Shown here in pieces: positions 47,471-54,776 of a stretch of DNA of 64,000 nt; positions within the stretch are counted from its first letter, which is position 1; each line of letters starts with the position of its first letter. The stretch is taken from positions 16,580 through 80,579 of IMG/VR virus record IMGVR_UViG_3300047560_000724. One strand, written 5' to 3'. A program made the position numbers and the translations under genes. The stretch is from a virus. The notes beneath the pieces were generated by a model that saw only the letters and a program-made list of their open reading frames with translations, did no database searches and was not told the origin of the DNA.

Positions 47471-47535
47471 AACAGGATGTATTTTTACGGTTTTGATTAA
47501 AAGTCAAATGTATAAATTTTTGCTGTTAACATCCT
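47471..47535 (-). ncRNA. Stem-ACAGCAA module copy 5 carrying isolated Lys(UUU) anticodon stem-loop
   Basis: AGGATGT/ACATCCT enclosing TTTGA CTTTTAA TCAAA. Confidence 0.8.
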
Positions 47536-47540
47536 TAACT

Positions 47541-47614
47541 TGGTGCTCCATCGAGGAATCGAACCCCAATTGCCGGACTACAAAACCGGTGTCTTACCAT
47601 TAAACGAATGGAGC
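47541..47614 (-). tRNA. tRNA-Thr(TGT), variant copy
   Basis: U31xU39, loop TTTGTAG. Confidence 0.8.
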
Positions 47615-47621
47615 AAATTTA

Positions 47622-47737
47622 AACAGGATAGAATTTAACATAGTGCTACCGTTACACCAAACCTTTCGGCTGCGGAGTCGAACCGCTCCCTTACTTTTCA
47701 AGAGTAGTGAGTTAATTATTTTTGCTGTTACTATCCT
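47622..47737 (-). ncRNA. Stem-ACAGCAA module copy 6 carrying permuted tRNA mimic with Ser(UGA) loop
   Basis: TACT CTTGAAA AGTA, GCGG TTCGACT CCGC, AGCC GAAA GGTT, D-arm-like GTGTAACGGTAGCAC. Confidence 0.8.
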
Positions 47738-47741
47738 TAAC

Positions 47742-47815
47742 TGGTACCTCGTTACAGAATCGAACTGTCATCAACGGTATGTAACACCGTGGTTCTGCCA
47801 TTAAACTACCGAGGC
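47742..47815 (-). tRNA. tRNA-Val(TAC), variant copy
   Basis: Loop GTTACAT (G32, U38). Confidence 0.8.
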
Positions 47816-47821
47816 ATAAAT

Positions 47822-47897
47822 TGGTCTCCCTACCAGGATTCGAACCTGGACCACACGGCCCCAAACCGTGTACGCAACCTGATAACGCTTTAGAGAG
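47822..47897 (-). tRNA. tRNA-Pro(TGG), variant copy
   Basis: Loop TTTGGGG, A8. Confidence 0.8.
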
Positions 47898-48053
47898 ATA
47901 AAGGTTGGGCGCCACACTATCCTCCTGGGAGGACTCGCATGATTGTCTCGAATAGTCAAGTCTAATACCACTCCTAACCGTTCTTGCGCTGTCACATAGC
48001 TGAGTCACTATGCTAGGTTGGGTGGGACTCTAAACTACCGTCTATCCCGAAAT

Positions 48054-48128
48054 TGGTGGAGGCCGAGGGAGTTGAACCCTTCTAGTCAGCAACCTTGCAA
48101 GGGTTACCCGTAGCCCGCTACTGCCCCC
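48054..48128 (-). tRNA. tRNA-Ala(TGC)-like, aberrant D arm
   Basis: G3:U70, 7-bp anticodon stem, loop CTTGCAA, D region GTAGCGGGCTAC. Confidence 0.7.
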
Positions 48129-48138
48129 AAATTCTTTT

Positions 48139-48215
48139 TGGCACCCGAGGAAGGATTCGAACCTCCGACTCCAATGTTCGTAGCATTGTACTCTAGTCCA
48201 CTGAGTTACACGGGT
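48139..48215 (-). tRNA. tRNA-Arg(ACG)
   Basis: Loop CTACGAA. Confidence 0.9.
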
Positions 48216-48300
48216 ATAAATTAGTGTTAGTTTCTATACCACCCATTGAAACTAACAAACATTGAGAAGCCATGCATCAAAACAAGACTTCTATTTGCCC

Positions 48301-48376
48301 TGGTGCCGCCTCTAGGGATCGAACCTAGTTCCACGGTGCTTCAAACCGGTGCTATGACCACATCAGCTAAAGCGGC
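48301..48376 (-). tRNA. tRNA-Phe(GAA)
   Basis: Loop TTGAAGC. Confidence 0.85.
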
Positions 48377-48380
48377 AAAT

Positions 48381-48455
48381 TGGCGCCACGGACGAGAATC
48401 GAACTCGCCTTAGTCGGATAGACAATCCGTTGCCCTCCCAGAGAACTACCGTGGC
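48381..48455 (-). tRNA. tRNA-Asp(GTC), variant copy
   Basis: Loop TTGTCTA (U37). Confidence 0.8.
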
Positions 48456-48501
48456 ATATAAGTCTACACATCCTGCCTCTATGAGGCAGGGGTAGCATAG
48501 T

Positions 48502-48577
48502 TGGTATCGCGGACGGGAATCGAACCCGCCTAGTCAAGTTGAAAGCCTGATGACCTAACCCAGAAGTCCACCGCGAT
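48502..48577 (-). tRNA. tRNA-Glu(TTC), variant copy
   Basis: Loop CTTTCAA. Confidence 0.85.
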
Positions 48578-48583
48578 ATAATA

Positions 48584-48642
48584 AACAGGATACATTCTTT
48601 TTCACCATTTGAAAGTTGATTAAGATTTGCTGTTAGTATCCT
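48584..48642 (-). ncRNA. Stem-ACAGCAA module copy 7 carrying Glu(UUC)-like anticodon loop
   Basis: AGGATAC/GTATCCT enclosing ATCA-A-CTTTCAA-A-TGGT. Confidence 0.75.
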
Positions 48643-48647
48643 TAAAC

Positions 48648-48721
48648 TGGCACCCGGACTAGGGATCGAACCTAGACTAACAGAGTCAAAGTCTGTTGTG
48701 CTACCATTACACAATCCGGGA
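48648..48721 (-). tRNA. tRNA-Gln(TTG)
   Basis: Loop CTTTGAC, G73. Confidence 0.9.
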
Positions 48722-48899
48722 ATAAATATTTGTGTGAAGACTTATAATCACATAACCCCACAGGGATTATACTTTCATCTTTGCTTGTACGAAGGTGTGT
48801 GCTGTGTCATGGTACAAGATGTATATGATAACACTTACTTTGAACTGCAATACTTCACAGATGTCAACAAAGCCTTACGCTTTATCAACAACTTGTAAT

Positions 48900-48978
48900 T
48901 GGCTCCGTGTGTGAGGATCGAACTCACCTAATCACTGATTAACAGTCAGGTCCTTGCACCATGCTTGGATTTCACGGA
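48900..48978 (-). tRNA. tRNA-Asn(GTT), variant copy
   Basis: Loop CTGTTAA; atypical D region. Confidence 0.75.
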
Positions 48979-48987
48979 ATAGAATTT

Positions 48988-49076
48988 TGGTGGACCTTGA
49001 TAGAATCGAACTACTTGCCAGCCACCCCACTTAACAATGGCCACCGGGTTACAGCCGGCGATGGGGAACAAGATCC
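48988..49076 (-). tRNA. D-armless tRNA-Tyr(GTA)-like RNA
   Basis: 8-bp acceptor/4-bp T stem, loop CTGTAAC, CCCCAT can pair with variable-loop GTGGGG. Confidence 0.7.
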
Positions 49077-49099
49077 ATAACACACTCTTTAGAATGTGT

Positions 49100-49343
49100 G
49101 TATTAAAGTACACTTGATTAAGGAATTCCGGACTAGGCGCTAGCACCGTCTGCTAGATCGTCTGCCTTCATCATTACTGCCTACATACTCCGCCGCTTCT
49201 CTGAGCATTTCTGCTCGGCTTCATGACCTGGACTAGACTAGTATCCGTCGATACTACAATCTTCCCAGAGCCCTAACGGTGTAGGTAACCTTAACCTCCA
49301 TATACGGCGTGGAGCCATATACGAATAAAGTATACTTTAATAC
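49100..49343 (-). ncRNA. Unassigned 244-nt RNA closed by long stem
   Basis: GTATTAAAGTA/TACTTTAATAC enclosing several hairpins. Confidence 0.55.
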
Positions 49344-49454
49344 GCTGTAATTTTTCACCCCACAAAAGGAGCTTCATCCTACAGGCCGCCCATTTGCCCA
49401 TGTTTTAAGTGCGGGCTAGGATCTCGTTTCCTATACACACTTTTTCGAAAGTCT

Positions 49455-49491
49455 TAAAAGCAAAACCCCAGGGTGTTTAGTCCTGGGGTCC
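49455..49491 (-). terminator. Attenuator terminator upstream of the tRNA array
   Basis: GACCCCAGG/CCTGGGGTT followed by TTGCTTTT. Confidence 0.75.
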
Positions 49492-49513
49492 TTTGGGTAA
49501 AATTGTGTAGTGT

Positions 49514-49660
49514 TTAGTTACACGATCCTCCACTGGACCCCGGGGTAATCCCCTCTGGTGTGCGATCATATGACAGACTATTAATCGCTAACCAAGAGGT
49601 GGGCATCACGCCTGCCTGTTTGGCTATCGTATTAAAATGTTGTCTATTAAATGATTGCAT
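49514..49660 (-). CDS. 48-aa leader peptide containing all 20 amino acids
   Basis: MQSFNRQHFNTIAKQAGVMPTSWLAINSLSYDRTPEGITPGSSGGSCN*, read manually. Confidence 0.65.
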   Translation of the reverse strand: MQSFNRQHFNTIAKQAGVMPTSWLAINSLSYDRTPEGITPGSSGGSCN

Positions 49661-49720
49661 TTTAGTTTCTCTTTAAATCCTTTGTTGCTAACAAGCACCA
49701 TTGCTTGCTAACTAGTCTCT

Positions 49721-49933
49721 ATTGTAGCACCTTCCGGTGCTCCTGTCAACAACTTTTGGAAAATTCTTTTGTTGTATTTTTACAACGCTTTGAAAGTTAC
49801 ATTGTTTGCTAACTTGTTTCTATTGTACAGTTATTTAGTTCTGTTGTCAACCTGGTTTTGCATTTTTGGCAAAAAGATTTACACCAACTATCTAACTAGT
49901 CTCTATTGTACTGTATATATGTCGTTGTGTCAA
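49721..49933 (-). promoter_or_regulatory. Three tandem sigma70 promoters
   Basis: TTGACA-17-TACAAT at 49749-49721, 49850-49822 and 49933-49905. Confidence 0.85.
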
Positions 49934-49977
49934 GACCGGTGTGATAATGTGGCTTTTTTGCCACTTTTTGAAAAATG

Positions 49978-50463
49978 TTAACTTTCTACTACACCGACTA
50001 GGTGCAAGCGGGCCTGCTCGGAACAATTCATGAAAGTATGTAGTTTGCGTGTGTCAGTCCAGTAAACTGAGTCAACACTCAAGTGTTGTGGTGCGGAATC
50101 CTTAAACACAAAGTAACAGTTAGGGTTGGTCACTAACGGAATGTGAACCCTTGGTGTTTCATCCCTGTGCATACTGTAACAAGCATAAGGGCCAACCCAC
50201 ATGAGTCTTGTTCTTAGCAGCCGGTACTTAGTGATTAGCTCTTCAAAGACTGTGCCCTTAAAGAAAGGATTTAGCTCAGTGTAACTAGTTTCGTTGCCCT
50301 TACTTCTGCCGACCGCACTCGTCCACGCATCTTCACCTAGTTTAAACTGAAGGCCACATTGTTTACCCTTGTGGCCATAGTCAGTCCATTGTATATCTAA
50401 TTCAAGATCAGTGTACTTTGTTAAGATAGCAGAAGAACTTATACTATCTAATACTTTGATCAT
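49978..50463 (-). CDS. Asp/Asn beta-hydroxylase-like 2OG-Fe(II) oxygenase
   Basis: HRD..PRVHIPL.TN...H.F.N....RLHLV. Confidence 0.8.
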   Translation of the reverse strand: MIKVLDSISSSAILTKYTDLELDIQWTDYGHKGKQCGLQFKLGEDAWTSAVGRSKGNETSYTELNPFFKGTVFEELITKYRLLRTRLMWVGPYACYSMHRDETPRVHIPLVTNPNCYFVFKDSAPQHLSVDSVYWTDTRKLHTFMNCSEQARLHLVGVVES

Positions 50464-51584
50464 GAACGACCAATTCTTGACGGAATTGCTTTAACTTGTG
50501 CCCCAGTATTTGTTTGGTAGGCAATTAATGCGTTTTCATGCGGAGTGGTTAGGTAACTTACTAGTTCCGGAATTGTCAGTACCACGGCTTGACTGTCAGA
50601 ACTTCCTTGTGCAGCCTTTTGGATCATTTTATAGTAAATGCCCTTGCGTGTTTTAACATCATCGTAAATTTCTTCAAAACCAGTATACTTTCTAGCTTGG
50701 ATAATCTCAGGCCAGTTCTTAACAGTCATCATAGGTTTGTAGAACTGTTGAAACAAACTCCACCAGCGGTACGGGTGCTTGATGTTGTTACAGAACACTT
50801 CATAAATTTGCTCTTGTACTGCATAAAAGCGTTGACAAACATCGTCTGTAAGATATGACACAGTTAGTTCTGGAGTATACAAGAAATACTTACTAGTACC
50901 TTCGTAGCCTTGTTCCATCATGTGTCGCATAATAGGTTGTGGTGTTTGGATCCATACAGGTACTGTTGCTCCGTTAGCCATCCGTGGTAAACGCTTAGAA
51001 ACATAATCTGGGCTAATTGGTTGCATCATTGGGTCACCCCCGCCCATGATGTAGCAAAAATCCTGACCAACAAAGTCCATTGTAGCACATTGTACTAAGG
51101 TAGCTAAGTTTGTAAACCCGTATTTTCCTGCGTAACGCTGTGCAAGCCCGCGATAATATGCATCTAAATTAATTGTAAATTGAATGCTTTCGATTCCGTA
51201 TCTGCGGCAAAACTCATAAGCTGTTTTAATATCATGCTCGTTGATCAGTTCGTTAGCAACATCAAACATATGAACAATAACAACCTTAAATGGGACTTTT
51301 GCTTCCATGAGGCTCAAACAAACCATTTGGCTATCACTACCACCGCTGAGGCCAACAATGATCGGTTTTGTTGCTTTATTAGCGATTAGACTAGCGGCAT
51401 GAATACATTCTTCACGGAATGATTTAACTTCGCGAGTAGTATGTCCTAATTGCAATTTAAATGTTCTCGAAGGATCTGGGTCATTGTACCATTCGTCTTG
51501 GTTAGATACATGGTCCTCGTATGGATCCACTCCCCATCCCCATTTAAAATGGTTGCCTTCTGTATAGTCGAATTTTAATTCCAT
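50460..51584 (-). CDS. PP-loop ATP pyrophosphatase-like, group 2
   Basis: LSGGSDS; paralog of 51604 and 55815. Confidence 0.7.
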   Translation of the reverse strand: MELKFDYTEGNHFKWGWGVDPYEDHVSNQDEWYNDPDPSRTFKLQLGHTTREVKSFREECIHAASLIANKATKPIIVGLSGGSDSQMVCLSLMEAKVPFKVVIVHMFDVANELINEHDIKTAYEFCRRYGIESIQFTINLDAYYRGLAQRYAGKYGFTNLATLVQCATMDFVGQDFCYIMGGGDPMMQPISPDYVSKRLPRMANGATVPVWIQTPQPIMRHMMEQGYEGTSKYFLYTPELTVSYLTDDVCQRFYAVQEQIYEVFCNNIKHPYRWWSLFQQFYKPMMTVKNWPEIIQARKYTGFEEIYDDVKTRKGIYYKMIQKAAQGSSDSQAVVLTIPELVSYLTTPHENALIAYQTNTGAQVKAIPSRIGRS

Positions 51585-51603
51585 GATGTGCGTTCTTTAA
51601 AAG

Positions 51604-52728
51604 TTATCTATTTATTAGGTGCTGTTCGTCGTCAAGACGATCTTTGAATTCTTGTGTTAATTGTATAGGCGCAGGATCTGCAAGTGGGATTGATTCTAGC
51701 GCATGAGTGTGCGGAGTAGTAATGTATTCGATTAGATCGGACATTAAAATTGGTATGACACAGCCAGAACCTTTACCATCAGCTGCGTCTCTTAACAGAT
51801 ATTGATAGTATCTCTGTAAGTCTGGTTCCTTATCAATTTCTTCAAATCCGGTTAACTTTCTATTTTGAATAATTTCGGGCCAATGCTTGTTAGTAAGAAG
51901 AGGTTTAAACATCATATGGAATAATGTCCAAAAGTTCTTCTTTTGCCAAACCATGAATGATTCGTACATTGTAGTCTGTGACGCATAAAAATATTTGCAA
52001 ATTGGATCTGTTAAGAATGACGCAATTAATTCAGGGGTATACAAATAAAATTTACTAGTACCTTCGTACCCCATTTCCATCATGTGCCGCATCACTGGCT
52101 GAGGAGTTTGCCACCACACTGGTCCATAGAAGTTTCCAGCAACAGGAGTCATGTTAGACATATCTTGTCCAGGAGTAAGTACTGGATGATATAAAGTCAT
52201 CATTGGATCGCCACCTGCCATTATATAACAATGCTTAGATCCGATGTAGTCCATGACAGCACATTGTACAATAGTTTGTTGTCCAGTGAAACCATAGTAA
52301 CTAGCATACTCTCGACCAATAGTTCTGTAATAGTAATCTAGATTAAGATCAAAGTTATGATAGCTAATGTTATATGTTTCACAGAACTTATAAGCCGTAG
52401 CAATGTCGTGTTGATTGATAATATCATTGTTATTGTTCCTAAGCCTAGCAATAACAACACTGAATGGAATGCCTGCTTCTCTAAATGACAAGCAGGCCAT
52501 TTGACTATCACTACCTCCGCTGAGTCCCACGACAATAGGCTTTGTTGCCTTTTGTCCTATAAGTCTAGCTGCATGAATACACTCTTCTCGAAATGATTCA
52601 ACCGGTCTAGTACAGTAACCTAAGTGTAGTCTAAACTTGCCGCTTCTGTCAGCGTCATTGTACCAACCGTCATCTCCAAACCCCCATTTAAAATGGTTGT
52701 TCTCTGTGTAATCAAATTTCAAATCCAT
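51604..52728 (-). CDS. PP-loop ATP pyrophosphatase-like, group 2
   Basis: LSGGSDS. Confidence 0.7.
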   Translation of the reverse strand: MDLKFDYTENNHFKWGFGDDGWYNDADRSGKFRLHLGYCTRPVESFREECIHAARLIGQKATKPIVVGLSGGSDSQMACLSFREAGIPFSVVIARLRNNNNDIINQHDIATAYKFCETYNISYHNFDLNLDYYYRTIGREYASYYGFTGQQTIVQCAVMDYIGSKHCYIMAGGDPMMTLYHPVLTPGQDMSNMTPVAGNFYGPVWWQTPQPVMRHMMEMGYEGTSKFYLYTPELIASFLTDPICKYFYASQTTMYESFMVWQKKNFWTLFHMMFKPLLTNKHWPEIIQNRKLTGFEEIDKEPDLQRYYQYLLRDAADGKGSGCVIPILMSDLIEYITTPHTHALESIPLADPAPIQLTQEFKDRLDDEQHLINR

Positions 52729-53236
52729 GCGTACTCTTCCACCATTCTTGATTTCTAAATCCAACAGAACGCAATGGTCTCTTGAAGTCTAAGTTAAACG
52801 CTAAGATAAGATAAGAACTGAAAGTATTGCAATTTTGTGTTAGCAATTTAAATTCTGTAACAGGATAGTTAACGCAAGCATTAACAATGTCATCGATATC
52901 AATACCTGGATTAATTTGTTTTCCGATAATGATTGGCATTCCACCAAACCATTTTTGTGTAGGATCTCTGTCTGTAACAAACGGCCCTTTCTCAAGCCAA
53001 CCCTGAACATTGGAGTGTAGAATGTTTCCATTCTGTATATCTACTGTTTCAGCATCTGTGTTTTCAATCACAAGCCATTTGTTGAGTTTGTTAGACCAAA
53101 CAGTCATCCAGGAATGTGTACCGCCTAAATATCCCTTCATGGCCCATGCTCTCGCATGGATCCAGTAAATGTAGTTTTTGTCTAAGCCTAAGTCAACTGA
53201 CGAGATATCACATAATCGCCAATCTTTAAAAAACAT
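52712..53236 (-). CDS. Permuted papain-like (PPPDE/DUF3750-like) protein
   Basis: GTHSW...NCNTFS with His before Cys. Confidence 0.6.
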   Translation of the reverse strand: MFFKDWRLCDISSVDLGLDKNYIYWIHARAWAMKGYLGGTHSWMTVWSNKLNKWLVIENTDAETVDIQNGNILHSNVQGWLEKGPFVTDRDPTQKWFGGMPIIIGKQINPGIDIDDIVNACVNYPVTEFKLLTQNCNTFSSYLILAFNLDFKRPLRSVGFRNQEWWKSTHGFEI

Positions 53237-53238
53237 TC

Positions 53239-54078
53239 TTATACCCTTTCTTCCATTTTTGCATAAGGGTTGGAAGCGGGGGTTTGCTCCATCTTGTAGT
53301 AGTTGTCATGCTGACGATCATATGCCTTGCGCCAGTTAACTTTGTCAACTTCCCAATCACCAGTTGGAGCAGGATCGTGTAGCATATAATTGTATTCATC
53401 TACGCCTGCAACCATAACGGTAGACTCTGGAGCAATATTTAAAATAGGTTTGCATTCTGTACTTGCAAGAATCATACCCATTGCAACACGAGGAGTTGAT
53501 GCTTGATTAGGCCCAGAACCATGAATAATGTAAGGACTATGAAGTAATACATGTCCGGCTGGCACTCTAGTTTTGACACGCTCTTTGGGTAGATCTTCGT
53601 CTACTGTTTGGCCACGCATTAGTAAGTTAGTATCAGTTCTAACATCCTTGTGGCGGCGTTGGAATACTTTATGGCTACCTTGTACATATTCAATGCTACC
53701 GTGTTCTTCAGTAACATCATCAAATGCAAACCATGCCGTTACTGAAAGATGTTTCTTATCATAGTTCCAATAAGTTGCATCTTGATGGAAGCTAACATCC
53801 TTACCGTCTCCTGGTTTCTTAACCCAGAATAGTGTGTCCCAGCAGTGAATGTTAGGTCCAATGAGTTGTGTCAGTGCTTCAATTAGTTTTGGGCTACGGC
53901 TAATCCTATCAACAAATGGGAATAGCACATTGCTCTTACAGCGATAATCACTGTTCATCAAGTTAATCTTTTCTTCGGCTTCTAACACTAGTTTCTTCAT
54001 TTCTAGTGCTTCTTCACGGCTCATAATTTCGATGGGACCTACCCATCCGTTTTGTTCAAATTGTTCTTTTAGGGTCAT
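53239..54078 (-). CDS. PhyH-family 2OG-Fe(II) dioxygenase
   Basis: HQDATYW, GSH, HGSGPN....R. Confidence 0.9.
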   Translation of the reverse strand: MTLKEQFEQNGWVGPIEIMSREEALEMKKLVLEAEEKINLMNSDYRCKSNVLFPFVDRISRSPKLIEALTQLIGPNIHCWDTLFWVKKPGDGKDVSFHQDATYWNYDKKHLSVTAWFAFDDVTEEHGSIEYVQGSHKVFQRRHKDVRTDTNLLMRGQTVDEDLPKERVKTRVPAGHVLLHSPYIIHGSGPNQASTPRVAMGMILASTECKPILNIAPESTVMVAGVDEYNYMLHDPAPTGDWEVDKVNWRKAYDRQHDNYYKMEQTPASNPYAKMEERV

Positions 54079-54134
54079 TATATATCCTTATTATTGTAGA
54101 TAATACAGTCTACTTGTTTCAATGTCAAGCATAT

Positions 54135-54776
54135 TTAATCGTTTAGAGTAGAGAACTTCGTCTTCATGGTGCGGATCTCTCGATCAGCAACGCCTGGGTG
54201 ATGTAGGAGTTTAATACCAATGCGTCTGTGGGCATCAAATACTTCGTCAAGTGTATTAGCTCGTCTAAGCTCAATAGAATGCTCGTACCTAACTGATTCA
54301 AATTCTGTTATAATATTTTCGTATTCAGCTGTTTTAAATCGAATTAGTCTAGAAGCATTTTCAAGAGAGCATTGATGAATTCGACTTAGCGTTTTGGCTA
54401 ATTGTGTATCATCTTGATCTTGTTTAGCATGAACTCTGAAAGCATTGTACACACGATCAAGTTCGAGAAAATTTTCAGATAGGGTATTAATTCTGTAGTC
54501 TACATATCTCAGTGACAAGCACTTCATACGCAACATTAATGTCCGTGCAATAGTATCAGAAAAATCACAAGATTCAAATCGACCGTCTACCCAAGAAAGC
54601 CTACCATGACGATACTCTTTCATGATTGCTACAGGGCTAGTGCCTATGTAAGGAATGTAGTCAAATCCAATTCCAATTTTTGGAATGTATGCAGGCCCTT
54701 CTCTATTAGTTAACCAGACAACTTGATTGTCTTCTTGGTTAACTAACATTCTTAAGTTATATTCAATTGCCGCCAT
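54135..54776 (-). CDS. Hypothetical partner of PP-loop enzyme
   Basis: Overlaps 54763 gene; helical C-terminus. Confidence 0.65.
   Translation of the reverse strand: MAAIEYNLRMLVNQEDNQVVWLTNREGPAYIPKIGIGFDYIPYIGTSPVAIMKEYRHGRLSWVDGRFESCDFSDTIARTLMLRMKCLSLRYVDYRINTLSENFLELDRVYNAFRVHAKQDQDDTQLAKTLSRIHQCSLENASRLIRFKTAEYENIITEFESVRYEHSIELRRANTLDEVFDAHRRIGIKLLHHPGVADREIRTMKTKFSTLND

Noticed and set aside
47712-48714. ORFs 47712-48008, 47801-47995 and 48367-48714 (also 44852-45085, 48946-49146, 40614-40940, 43991-44302)
   Set aside because: They overlap tRNA genes or RNA modules, lack SD sites and recognisable protein motifs, and are most likely chance frames.
49100-49343. RNase P RNA
   Set aside because: The conserved GAGGAAAGUCC and AACAGAA..CGGC segments are not found on either strand.
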